Shown: positions 51,401-64,000 of the stretch, piece by piece
How the letters are laid out: every line of letters begins with the position of its first letter
Position numbering within the stretch: position 1 is the first letter of the stretch
Assembly (NCBI RefSeq): GCF_018350175.1
Contig: NC_058368.1
Coordinates: 154,940,001-155,004,000, forward strand
Direction of reading: 5' to 3'
Source of the DNA: Felis catus
Lineage: Eukaryota
DNA: 64,000 nucleotides
Notes under the pieces: generated by a model
Told to the model about the DNA's origin: nothing
Database searches by the model: none
What the model saw: only the letters and a program-made list of their open reading frames with translations
Translations under genes and position numbers: made by a program

Positions 51401-52624
51401 TCTATTCAAGTCCACTTTTGCTTTTCCTTCTTTTTTTGTAACCCCCTTTAAATTTATGATATAATCCGGCTTTTTCTCTGCATTATTGAAGAAACTTAAT
51501 GCACTACTGGTGTAAGACTGGGCATAAATGTGTAAGTTAAATTAAATACAAAATAAGGTCACAAAAATGTAGCATTTCAACACATTCCAATTTAAATTCT
51601 TGATTATTTTTGTCTTGTCCTGTATGTGTTTTGTGGTCTAAGAAAGGTATGAAGCATTATAATTCTTTCTTCTTATTTCTGACTCTGATATTTGCTAAGC
51701 CCTGGAATAAAATCCAGAAAAAAAAAAAAAACAAAAAACAGTAAATCACTGAAGGCAGACAAAATAATGCTTTCAACAAAGAACCCCACGGAATTGTTCT
51801 TTTGAAATGTTATTACAATGTCTTTGTATGTATTTGGCTCTGACAAGTGCATTCTGCAATTCCTATTCTCTGCCAACTCTGGAGAGGGATAGAGCCAAAT
51901 AACTGTGGGTTTTTTGATCTACTTGTCACCAAAAAGTTTGACAAAAGTCTCTTAAGCATTAGAACTAGAAAAAAAAAACATTTACAACAGGATTAGGAGA
52001 AAAAGCATGAAGTTTAACCAAACCGGTTCTACATTAAACCCATGGTTTAGACCAGGCTCATTAAAAGCACGAATCTTGTTGCAAAGCTGGGATTATTTCA
52101 AATGACATGATTCATGTTCTGGATAGCTGCCATTACAGTTTTGGTAAAATATGATAGTTACAACTAACTTTTCATTTGAAATTGTGCATGTAAAATGCAC
52201 AGCTAAAAGCAAAACTCTACAATACTATATCACATAAACAAAAATGCCCCGTCATTATACCCGTAAGAAGTTAGGGCAAGTGCCTTCAAATGAAATGCTC
52301 GCCTGCCAAGTCTATGAATCTAAGCCTCTAAAATCAAGAGGACTTAGTAAAGGCTTCAGAGAGATCTGTGTGTATTTTTTTTAAGCTTCTCCAGGGGATT
52401 AGCACTATCTGGTCCTTGTAGAGCCAGTGACTTCTTGACCCTATCGGCCTCCCTCTCTCCAAAATGGTTAAAGGTTTACCTTGAGGCCAGTCTGTACTTT
52501 GGCAGAATCTCAAAAGTGAGGAGAAGACGTTGCATCTCCTCTTGTTTGCTGAGGTCTGGACTTCTTTAGAAGAGAAGGAAGAGAGTTAGGGACAGTGGAA
52601 GGAAATAAGAGAGAAGAGATGGAT

Positions 52625-52690
52625 AGAAGAAAGGAAGAAAGGAAGGAAGGAAGGAAGGAAGGAAGGAAGGAAGGAAGGAAGGAAGGAAGA
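52625..52690. repeat. (GGAA)n microsatellite in a purine-rich tract
   Basis: Direct observation. Confidence 0.95.
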
Positions 52691-52724
52691 GGAGAGAAGA
52701 GGGTAGAAGGAAGGAAAAAAAATG

Positions 52725-52795
52725 TTTCTGGAACACAATAAAGCCTCAATAAATATTTGTGAAGTGAATGAATGAATGAATGAATGAATGAATAT
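52725..52795 (+). mobile_element. L2 3' terminus with (GAAT)n tail
   Basis: 'ctcaataaatatttgtgaagtgaatgaatgaat'. Confidence 0.7.
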
Positions 52796-53054
52796 AAATT
52801 TCTTAAAGAAGGTATCACAGAATAACGGATTTAGTTAGTGGATAAATGATAAATACAACATTCTTTCTTGCTAGATAAGGAGTAAACGGTGGCATCGAAG
52901 TAAGTACGCAGAAAAAAGACTGCTCCTGAATACAAGGGAAGAGTACTGGAAAAGGACACTAAAGATGTCAAGTAGTTTGGATGATTTTGCCTCGAGCCAG
53001 CCCAGTTTGACTTATGTCTATACAAGGATTAATTGTTTGATGTGGTCTAGCATG

Positions 53055-53270
53055 TTCATAAACACAGGTTTCAAAGGCAGATTTCCTGAGTTGAAATCCT
53101 GTCACCAATTACTAACTGTCCTTAATCCTCACCATTTCTGTGCCTCAGATGCCTTATATGGTCAATGAAGATAATAGTGGTACCTATCTAATAGTGTTGC
53201 TATGAGGGTCAAGAGTTAAAATTGGAAGAAGCACTCAGTAAGCACAGTGAAGCCTTACTGTATTGGTTCT
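53055..53270 (+). mobile_element. MIR element
   Basis: 'cctgagttgaaatcctg...ctgtgcctcag...gataatagtggtacctatctaatagtgttgctatgagg'. Confidence 0.7.
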
Positions 53271-56039
53271 TATTACTCAACAAGAATAGATAAACAGTGT
53301 ATCAACCCATTGTCCAGGTTACATGCAGAAAGAGCAAGGATAATCTTTGTCATTGCGGGCCTTCAAAATATTGAATTGATATATTAATAAAAATATTTCC
53401 ATTGTAATTATTTAATTGGTTTTCCAGGAAAATTAGCCTCCTATCCATTTAAGCACCTCTTCCTTGGTTAGACAGTCTCTTTGTGAGAAGTTACATAGAA
53501 GATCCTAGAGCTGCAGGGCTGAGAAATATACAAAGGGTGACATTATTCTTAAGGTATGAAGAGAAGCAATCCTCACAGCCCCTGTTGGTGATCCACAGCT
53601 GTTGAAGAAAGCCAACTGTCAAGCATAGGAGTGAGCAACTTGCTGTGTCTCAGGTCTGGAACACAATGGCCAGTTATTTATTGCTGGTAATGCCTCACAG
53701 CAGACTAAGAAGACAGCCATTTTCTCTCAGTAAATTGATATTGCTTGCATTCAGGAAAAAACAAATTGCATGTTGTTTGAATTGGAATTTGGCCATAATA
53801 CCTAAAGTTAATGTTCTTAAGATCACAGAAATTATTGGTGATGATAAGAAAACAAGACCATATTTTTATATTTTAATTTTAATCCAAAGAGAGAAAACCC
53901 CAGCAGAGTTGGCAGGAAAAGCAATTGGAAAAGACTCAACTCTTCCAAATATTCGTCAATATAGAAAAGGTTTTGAACACAAGTGATGAGGAAATCCCAC
54001 AGACTGAGTTGGCATCATTTAAAAAAATAACACAAAAAGTTGAAGAGGTTTAGTCCCTGCAGACTGAGAGGGACTGAACTTCCCGAAGGGGGTCATACTA
54101 CAGAGTACAGCAAATTCCTGATTCATTACTTACTGACACGTTTTCAGTACAAGGCTGTTCATTTTTAACAAGATCATCCATGAGTCAATCAACAGTACGT
54201 ACCAAGGGCAAAAGACAAAACTGCCCATTGATTGCTACAAGAGCTTTTGAAAATACCAATTGATCAATAGTGATCATTGGTACGGTGAACCTTCATTCCT
54301 CTAGGGATTTGCTTAACTACAGACTTTCTCTGGAGCCAATCTCATAATGCAGCATCCCTTTGGATCTTCAGTAACCTCATTAATGGCTGCCCTGTGCTCC
54401 CTGTCTACTTTTAATTTCTTCTAGTAATAGAAAATACTTCATAATGGAAGATTTAATTAACTGAGTTTCCAAAAAGCTATTTACAGTGAACTGGGAACAT
54501 TAGCTTTAATTTTTATTGTTCAAGAATGAAGATACCCTTTTTACAACAGATTAAATGCAGCAGGAAAACAACATTTTAACCACACTAAAGTGTGGGAACC
54601 CACTGGCAAAAGTCAATTGAGCTGCTGAGAAGACAAAGGCTATGACAGTCTGATCCGAGGGGAGAGGCCCTGTTCAAAGCTTCTTATCCTTTCCTTAAGT
54701 TTCCCTGAGTAACTCTTAACAGGCCCCATTCATATCTACAAGTGCTTTAACCTGGGTGAGGATCAGTTTTCTACCACCAGGAGCAAAACATTACAGTAAG
54801 GTGTGCACAATGGTGAGTCTCTTCTTTTTCTCTGTCCTCACAAAATAGAATCTTACATCTTTTTCAAAAAATACATAAGAAGCTTTTCTAGGCTTGTTAA
54901 AGATGTGTCTTTTACAGCTAGGTCCTCTTTTCAAGAAAAGTCATCCCTGGATAGTGTCAAAGACAGGGAAAGAAAAATCAGTGTGACCTTGATAAAAACA
55001 AAGAGGTCCTGAGGTCAATCAGCTAAATAATTGTGCAGAAACTTTTTTTCCACGGCATTTATTAACGTATAACCTTTGAGCTTGTCCTGACATAAGCTTA
55101 CTACACACATAACTTGGTTGACTGTTAGTTACCAGACCAACTAATAGATAACTCAGTCACCCCACACATAATCCCACACATAAACACATATTTGAGCCAG
55201 TCGTACGACTTGTTTAAAGTGCGTCTTTAAAACCCTCACAGAAATTAGCTACTGAATATTACACACTAGCCACTTTTCAAAGTATCTTTCACAGTTTTAC
55301 CTTTTTCTCTCATTTACCAAACAAAATTAGACCACATTACACACTGATACCTCACGAATTGCATCTATTAAATCAGAGCCAATTTGAGTTACAGAGGCAT
55401 ATGTACCCAAAAGCACTAAATGCTCTGTGAAAAAGCAGAAAGGCAGCTTAAAGGTTTGTAGCACCAAGGAACTCTTCATCTGTAAAAGACCTGAGTTCAG
55501 TTCTTTGCTTTCTGCCTGAGTAAAACTGACATTCATGGCTATACCATGACTTGCAGCACAAAAACCGGATTGTTGGTTTGCTAAAAAATATGGAAGCTGA
55601 ACAAATATTGTCACATATTACTAATTCCTGTAAAAGTGGAAATCATGAGTGTTGATCTGTTTCTGACTCCACTACGCACAGACTAGGAACAGAAACTTAT
55701 CAGTAAGAGCTCTAAATTTATTCTTTAATATAAACAGTATAATTTCCATCTATATTATCCAAAAAAAAAAAAAAAAAGAAAAGACTTGATACAGTTCACA
55801 AGAACCAAGCCTCAAAGACAAAGACAAATCCCAAAATCTTTTATTTGGAAAGGTTTAAATATTGTAGCTATTATTGTGTTTGGACCTCTGAAGCAACTGA
55901 TTTAAGAGTTAACTTTTGTAGGAGTTTACTGCTCCCCCAAATAATTCATTACCAATGGTTATTCTGCCTTCGCAATTAATCAGGTTTGAAAGTGCTTCAT
56001 TTGGTGCATTTGTATTGTTTAAATAAATCTGGAAACACT

Positions 56040-56870
56040 AACCCTGTCACGTTCAGGGGTCGAGTGTGGGAATGAATCTGTAGACACAGAGGGTAAAATA
56101 CTTCAAGGCGTATCCCCAAGAGATTTCCCGCTGGACACTCAGAATTTATTTTCCAAGAGGAGGGTGTCCCCGTGCAAGTGAGCCCTGGGTGTGTTTTAAG
56201 GTCTCCTTAACCTGTCTCGGCAAATTGCATAAATCACAGCTATAAAGTCTTCCTATTCAGCATGTTGGGGCTAGAGAAAGCTGACCAGCTTTTGACCTCT
56301 TATTCTGGGCCCCAACTGACCCTAACGTAGAAGTTCAAGCGGTCAATTGCAGGTCACTGAGGGCAGTCCCAGAATCTTTGTAATTCCCCCTGGACTGCAA
56401 GGTTAAATTTATGCAGCACGGGTATTTCGCCAGGTTCGGGGGACGGGCTGCTTATGGAGTCCACACCTAGATGACCAAAGGAGAAAGGAAAAAAGAAGAG
56501 AGGAAGAAAAAACAAACTTTAAGTTGGTGTCCCCCTAACCAGCCCCACTTCAGTGTATACCACGTCGGTCGTTTATCAGTATAATGGATCTACAGACAGC
56601 CCTAAACAATTGTCAAACATTCTTTTAAAAGCCATTAGTTTTTCAACTAATATATATCTGTTTTGTGCATTTGTTGAACCCTTCACTTGTCACTGAGAAC
56701 GGCCTGTTAAGCTAAGCAGAGGCCTGATCAGTTTTCAGTGAGCGCTGAGCCTCAGGGTTCACCTGGGTCAGCCACAAGATTTATGAGACCCGGTGCCAGT
56801 ATCTGATTGGGACTGTTAGTGCTAAAGAAAGCTGACACTTCCTCCCTTTCCCTCCTCCTCAAGCTCGACA
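56040..56870. promoter_or_regulatory. Candidate enhancer/regulatory element (CpG-enriched unique sequence)
   Basis: Roughly 19 CpGs in ~830 bp against a CpG-poor background, no recognisable repeat, clustered nuclear-receptor half-sites and homeodomain/POU-like motifs. Confidence 0.5.
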
Positions 56871-57155
56871 CACAAAGTCCAGTGACTTAACTTGTACATT
56901 CCCACTGGCTGCCTAAGAGGCAGCAAAATTGATGACCTGTACAGACACCAAAGTGGACATCAATAAAAAAAGATGGATGTGAACGAGTGGAGTGACATGC
57001 CTCATTGCTGAGGGGACTGAGGAGGGGAGAGAAAAGGTTAAAAAAACACTAGAAAGTTATTTATATAAGCTTCAAGGACAAGGATTTTGTCACTACTTGC
57101 CTAAGGATTTGCTCTTAAAATATTCTTTCCTCTAACTTCTAGCCTTCTCCCGTTG

Positions 57156-57158
57156 GCG

Positions 57159-57210
<52 letters not shown>
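57156..57210. repeat. Compound (GC)n(CA)n microsatellite
   Basis: 55 bp of uninterrupted purine-pyrimidine alternation. Confidence 0.95.
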
Positions 57211-57212
<2 letters not shown>

Positions 57213-57645
57213 GTCTGGGGACATCTGGTAAGTACTAGATGTTTTTATTTGTTGGCTTAAGTTCAGAAATTTTTATGACTCTTTGTTGGTCATGGTCACA
57301 AAAACATGATACCATGATATGGACTGAAAACTCTTCAAACGTGCAAGAAAAATGTAGGGTAACATTTTAAAAAGTAGCCATGATTGACTAAACATTGCCA
57401 CTGTGCTTCTTAATTAAGAACGATAGTCAGGAGCTGAGCAGATTATATTTTCTAGAACTTAGTAGTTGGGAGTGCCCTGAAATAACATGCTCAATTTGCA
57501 GCATCTCCCAAGGAATTTCCCCAAACACTAGGAATTGTACTAACAAAGATAGAATCCATAGACTAGTTTACAAATGGGAAATGAATGAAAGTAACGGATT
57601 AGATTTGAGTGTACTGGATGTGTTCTATTTTAAAGTGCTTGTGCC

Positions 57646-57787
57646 GGGTACCTGGGTGGCTCAGTCACTTGAACATTCGACTCTTGATTTTGGCTCAGGT
57701 CACGATTTCAAGGTTGGTGGTGAGATGGAGCCCTGGGCATTGGGCTCTGTGTCGGGTGTGGAGTCTGTTTAGGATTCTTTTTCTCCT

Positions 57788-57825
<38 letters not shown>

Positions 57826-57890
57826 CCTCTGCCCCCACTAAAAAAAAAAAAAAAAAAAAAAAAAGAAATAAAATTTAAAAAAAATAAAGG
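57646..57890 (+). mobile_element. Older carnivore SINE with expanded (CT)n and long A tail
   Basis: SINE body; TSD AAAGTGCTTGTG at 57632-57643 and 57891-57902. Confidence 0.93.
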
Positions 57891-60800
57891 AAAGTGCTTG
57901 TGAGAAAAATTATTTGGTGACTTAGCTAGCACTCCAAATTAGATCCAAGAAAAGACAAGTAAAACGAATGAAAGAATAATTTTCAGTGTTTCTTCTCATT
58001 CTTTCTTGATGTGTTTATTTGCCCTCCAGGATATTTTCTGTATGCTTATGTATTATGTAAATGAGATCTAAATCTAATATGTTACCACGGTGGTTGAGAG
58101 TGATTATGTACTCAGCCACAGCAGAAGAAATGGCAGACTCCCTAGATCACAGTGTTTGCATGTTCCATGCTAACTCAGCCTTGATTTTGATGCTTTCTTC
58201 AGTAAACATGTTCTGATGGTCTACTATCATACAGCAGAGGAAAACTGCAAAGAATATGAAATTGGCGTTTAATAATTCCTGGTGCTCCTGATGATATTAT
58301 CTTTTATGTTGAGATTAAACCCCTTATTAGATTCAAAATCAAGAAAGTAAGAATTAATGCTGTCACACTCTCCCTTTTGTGTGCAGAGACTGAGCTTGAC
58401 ATCTTCAGGAAAGGAATTTGAAGTCCTTTCCATTTCAGCAATGCTAAGGTAGGTCAGTTTCACAGTCCACAATCTAACTAACATCTCTTGTGGCTCCTGA
58501 GATGGCAATAGAATATGTTTTGTACTACATCACAACAGACCTTGTGACAGAGCGGAGGGAGGAAGTCTCTCTCTCTGATGACTTTGTTTCCTAGCTCAGA
58601 ACAGCCATCCCACCTAAAATCAAAACCTCTTAATCGAGGGTGTCTGAGAGACCCACACTCTCTTCTGCCCAGTGCCAGACCCTATCTAACTTCCTATGCA
58701 TTGCCTTATCCAGGATACATACAGCAGCTTTTGAGCATCAAGTTTTACTGCTAAGGAGAGAGTAATATCAGCCAAGTTTGGTTAGTCACCATTCCCGCTC
58801 TAAAATAACATGGAGTTTGCCATCCAATAATTGGTCAGAGGAGGCTTTTCCAACCTTGCTACTTTGTCTGATACCAGCTCCATTTTAAAAGTAGGACTAA
58901 ACCAATCTCTCTAGGTTCTCCACATGAGACTTCACATTTTTGCCCTTAGGATTTTCACAAACTCCTGACATACCACTGGCTTTTCTCCAGGCTCAACAAG
59001 CTACCCCTCATTTCTACAAAGAGGGTAAAGTCCCCACAGGGACTTTAATGAGATCAGGAGGAAGGATTTGCATACACAGTCCCAAGCTCAACTTATGACC
59101 TAAAATAACTACCAGCAGGAATATGACCTGTACAGACACTGATGACCTATACTTTATAAAATCCCTGATCCAACAGCACGCTAAGAAGGGTTTTAAGAGT
59201 TTGGTTGTGAGCTACTTAGTTTTATTTCCATTAATATCAAATGTATTATTGTTTGTCATTATCACCGTTACAGTAATAAACTGCTTTGGATTCTTTCCCC
59301 TTTTGATAATGAAGACATGATAGAGTTGTGAGAATAACCTAGCATAGTGCTTGGTATCAAGTCGTTTTTTAAGACATTTTAATTGACCTATGGTCTTCCT
59401 CTGGTCTTCTTTGCAGCTAGGCTGTCATCCTCCCAGAGCATGGACTTCCAAGGGATCTTAGCCAAAACACACAGCTCAACATTTTGACTGCAGTTTGACA
59501 AGTTAATAAACAAGTCCTGAGTAAAAACCTTCAGTTTCTCCAGAATATCTAAGAAAGCCTCGAGATATCTATCCTGGATCCCAATGGTTCTTCATTTGCA
59601 TTTAGATGCACAAGTATCATTGGAGACTTCGTCAAAAGATGGTTCAGAAATCATGGTTATGCTCTCTGGGCCCATCACTATATATAAAGTCATTCCAAAG
59701 GGTAGACTGGGGATCCGAGAATGTCACTTCTGAGGGGCTCAGTGTCATCTATTTGAGAGAGAATTTGAGGTCCTAGAGGATTAAAAATAACTCTGACTCT
59801 TCAATGGTTAATTCTGGATCCTCCATCTGTTGGGACACCTCTGATCTTTTCCTCCTGAACTGACAACATGGATTTCCCATTAGCATCAGGCAGCAATATG
59901 CACACATTTCCTTCAGCTGCTCAGGAGTGGAGTCCACTGTGCCATTTGCTCTGGGACCCCTTGACTGAAAAAGTCCCCAGAAGACATCTTTCCGACTCTG
60001 TGAGCAATGTCAAAGAATCCTTAAATTCTTAATTCGGGGTCAATAGTGTGTGAGAAGACCATGGAGGCTGAAATGACTGGGTTCTGCTACCCAGATGAGC
60101 CTACAAGGTTGTGGTATTGTGGTATCAGGCTCTGAATTCAATCTGATGTCAGGCAGCTCTAGGGGCTGACCTTGGTCTTCTCTGAGCTGGAAATATATGT
60201 CAAGGGAAAGTAACTTCTTCTAGTCTCAAAGGATTCTGGGAAGCAACACTCCAGATTTCCTCCAGCTTGAGGCAAATAATTGGCTCTGCCTCATGTGATC
60301 TAGAAAAAACAGTTTAAAGTCCTTTTGGTGTCTTGTTATACAATATAAAACTCGCCTAGAATTTGGAATCCTAATGCTATTCTTAAAATTCATGGATTTA
60401 CCAAAGAATGCATATACCTGGCATATGTAACAAACAGATTAAAAGCATCTTTATAGATAAACACTAAGTTTGCCAATTCTCAGATTGTTTTACTAGTAGT
60501 TCTCTTCCTGTGAGGGAAAGAATCATAGTAACTGAATCCAATTACTGCCTCTTTATCTTTTGTTGATTTTTAATGTTATTTTTCAGTTTAAAACATCGTG
60601 ACAATTATGCATGAAAACTTTTAAAAAGGTACTAAAAATGAAATTAGGGAACCAACAAATGCTGATAGTTTAATGAATCACAACTAAGTGAATTTTCTTG
60701 AATTCATTAGTCAGTTTAGATGTCTCAATAAAAAAATGAGTTGTAAAGTTACTATTTTAACCTAACTCTCCATTTTACATGTAACTATAAAGCCACCATA

Positions 60801-61545
60801 CTTCATATTTTCCTGTATGAAGGCAGATCATAAAGTACCAATACCAGATATTCTTTCAGATATTCATAAGATCAACGTGTTCTAGACATCTTATTGATTC
60901 ATCATATGCACTACACCATTCAGAAGGTCTCTCAGAATTAAAACTGCAAAAAATCCATTGTCAAACTGTCTCCTTAAGAAAATACAGTTTGGTCAGTCTT
61001 TAGCCATTGACAAACAGCATTGTCAGGACAGATCAGCAGAGAATGCTTTGGAAGCTTTTTATGTATTAAATATTTGTGTACTTTCCAATCAGGCAAATTT
61101 ATGCTAAACATCCTCTCAATTTCTAGCGATTAGGCATCGCTGGCATGTAAGAACACCTTGCAGGGACCATGGGGCTAGTGCTTAAAAGGAATGAATCCTT
61201 TGTCCTGCTCACACAGCAAGGTAGTCTTTTGCCACAATGATCAAAATTTTTATTTCCACTTAAAATACATCTCAACAAAACAAGCATTTGGTTTAGAATT
61301 TTCTTCTTAACCTATTTGAACTTTACTGAGTAAAATATTTATTGAACACAATTACTATTTGGTATGGAAAATATTTTCCAAAAGAGACACAATTTAAGAT
61401 AGCCTGACTCCTTTTCAAATGGAAATAGAATCTTAGTTATTTTAAAAGAGAGAATACTACTATTGTTTATTATTATAATCATTGATAAAGTGTATTAGAG
61501 CGAGAAAACTAGAATTTATGTATGTGTGTATATATATTTAATTTT

Positions 61546-61749
61546 TTTTTAATGCTTATTTATTTTTGAGACAGAGACAGAACATGAATGGGGGAGGGTC
61601 AGAGAGAGAGGGAGACACAGAATCTGAAACAGGCTCCAGGCTCTGAGCTGTCAGCACAGAGCCCGACGCGGGGCTCGAACTCACAGACTGCGAGATCGTG
61701 ACCTGAGCCGAAGTCGGACGCTTAACCGACTGAGCCACCCAGGCGCCCC
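61546..61749 (-). mobile_element. Young feline SINE
   Basis: CpG-rich reverse SINE; TSD TATATATTTAATTTT at 61531-61545 and 61750-61764. Confidence 0.96.
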
Positions 61750-64000
61750 TATATATTTAATTTTGAAAGGAGAAGGAGGAAGTGGAGGAGGAAGAAAGAA
61801 GAGAAAGGAGAATTATCACAGGCTTTTCATCAATAGTTCCAGTAAAATGTGCAACTTACTTCTTCCTGGGACGCTTTAACTAGTTCATGGAATTTATCTG
61901 AAAATAATCTGGGGCAATAATACAACCAAAGTGAAAGGATGGCACTTACATGATTAATTTAATTAAATGGCCACCTCCATTGGTCCAGTAAGGAGATTCA
62001 AATATAATTAGTAGAACGATAGAGTGCCTCACTCTGTTCACATAATCCATTCGACCATTTTCATAATCAATGTAGACCATCCTACCTAAATTTAATGTTC
62101 TGCCACTCACAACCATTAAGATCTCTGATAGTTACAACAGCCATCTTTGCCCTGCTGGCATCCAATTAGTACTTTTCCCCCAGACAGCCAACATTCAAAA
62201 GTACAGAAATTTCTCTTTTTTAAAAAAATTACTTTGTACTACTTACTCTATCCTGCTGTAATAAAAAAAAAAAATTCTATATTGCAAACTGTAGCAATAC
62301 TTTGTATTGTCTATTCCCAGGATGACTTTTTAAACTATGTTGTGGCTCCCGATTGTGTTGATACTCATTCGACAAACAAAACTTACACCTCCATAAACAG
62401 CAAGTCTGCATATTAGATGAGAAAAGAATATGCAGTAAAACAAAACAAAACAAACAGTTTCTAAAAAAAAATAAGAAGAGAAAGAAAAGCCTGCAGCAAA
62501 AACTGGAGAATAGGATTCTGCCCCCTATTCCAGAGGGTTGCACTGTCACCAAGTTGTTTCTCATTTCCATGATTTTTTTTTTTTTCCCTATTAAGATCTG
62601 CTGGGGAAATAAAAGCAAAGGGTAGAGCAAAATTTGCTGGGGATGACAGATGGCTTTTCTTTAATGACTTATGAAAGTAAAGTGGCATCCCAAGTCTTAC
62701 TTTATGGAACACAGAAGGAAAACGCTAGGCAATGCTATAGCTATTATGTAGCATATCCATTTTGGTTATTTGTGGATATATTATCATTTTACTATGATGA
62801 CTATTGACACATTTTTAAGGAGCATGTCTATTCTTTTATCCTTTCTAAATTATTATTAAGGATGAATGTCCTTGAAGTGAAGCCTCTGGCCAGTAAAAGG
62901 GGAAATCCACAAATAGGTGGACTGATTGGCGTATATAAGGGACTTTTGTTCAGTCAAAGGAATTTTCCATTAAGAATAAGGAAACTTAAGTTTGCTACTA
63001 TATGGGAGCTATTCTATAAAATCTTCCTTATGAAAATTAAGCAAAGTATATTTGCCTCAATGAAGTTACAGTTTAAAAAAACTGTTAATATACTTTCATC
63101 CATTCTACAGATAAAATTACTTTTTTTGTGTGATGATATACATTCACTGAAAAAAAATTAACAGTAGAATTCTGTTGCATTATCTTCCAATAGAATATAT
63201 ATAAGAAGCTTCTAGATCAGCTTTTTAGTTAGAACAGGTCCAATTATATTTTCTTATCCTATTGAACCTCTAAACATTTTTACATCACTTGAAAGGATTA
63301 GTGTTATATTTTAAATTGATCCAACTCTATATAGTCTGTTTTGTCTGAGACAAAGACCAGAAGACTCTCTTTTCCTGTGTCTTTAAACCAGTACATAACT
63401 TCTGTTTAAGGGCCTAGTGACAACTGTAATGGATAATTTACAACCTACAGGGCTTCTGGATTAAATAACAGAGGCTCTGTAAACCAACAGGCTTCAGACT
63501 TCTGGTGAAAGCACCAGTAATTTGTTTATTGCCCTTTCTCAGTTCCTCAATTACAATTGATCTCTGCTAAACAGTGGAGTGTTACTAATTGTTGGGAAAG
63601 GGGGAAAATAACTTAATCTTTATAGGCATCTTCTTGCCTAGTATTTGTCCTTATAATTCCATGCCATAATCTCACCTAAGCACAGATAAGTGGAATCCAT
63701 ACACCTAACTGAAACAAGTACTTTCGAATTTAATTTATAAACAACCAAAGTTGAAGGAGCTATGTTTGGAACAGAAGAGAGGGTGACTGATTGTATCTGA
63801 TATTGAGCCAATGACAGACAAACAAGAGTACTTGATTAGAGGTCTTGTCCTGCCAGATCACGTATCTGAATTCTACTGATAGGAGTTTAATCAGGACTTA
63901 ATCTCCTTATCATGTCTAGGTGTTGACCAACTCTAAGTACTTAACATAATACAGAACCCCTGCAGGCATCTCCACTTCAAAGCCTAAAGTACATGTTTAG

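Noticed and set aside
52875..52905. 25-nt plus-strand mini-exon (TAG|...GAA|GTAAGT)
   Set aside because: Frame-shifting length, short pyrimidine tract and located between repeats; likely chance.

Overview
AT-rich mammalian non-coding DNA, almost certainly from a felid (cat family): it carries about 23 tRNA-derived carnivore SINEs, several matching the youngest SINEC_Fc type, and a young carnivore L1 3' end. I find no convincing protein-coding exon, RNA gene or processed pseudogene. Of the supplied ORFs, only 22061-22525 (-) resembles a real protein (L1 ORF2 C-terminus); the rest are SINE read-throughs or chance ORFs. The window is either intergenic or inside a very large intron/lncRNA, and I cannot name the locus from sequence alone. 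Repeats include SINEs with target-site duplications (TSDs), old L1M, L2 and MIR fragments, an MLT1 LTR, hAT/TcMar DNA-transposon relics and microsatellites. The most interesting non-repeat signals are (i) a CpG-enriched block at ~56.0-56.9 kb with a dense cluster of nuclear-receptor half-sites and a strong minus-strand splice acceptor, (ii) long transposon-poor, motif-rich stretches that look like developmental enhancers, (iii) a SINE containing an inverted 26-nt copy of unique sequence 1.75 kb away, and (iv) an old L1 with both ends and an in-frame ORF1-ORF2 junction. Repeat family names are from my recollection of consensus sequences, and boundaries of old repeats are approximate. I cannot support a claim of a new biological system here.
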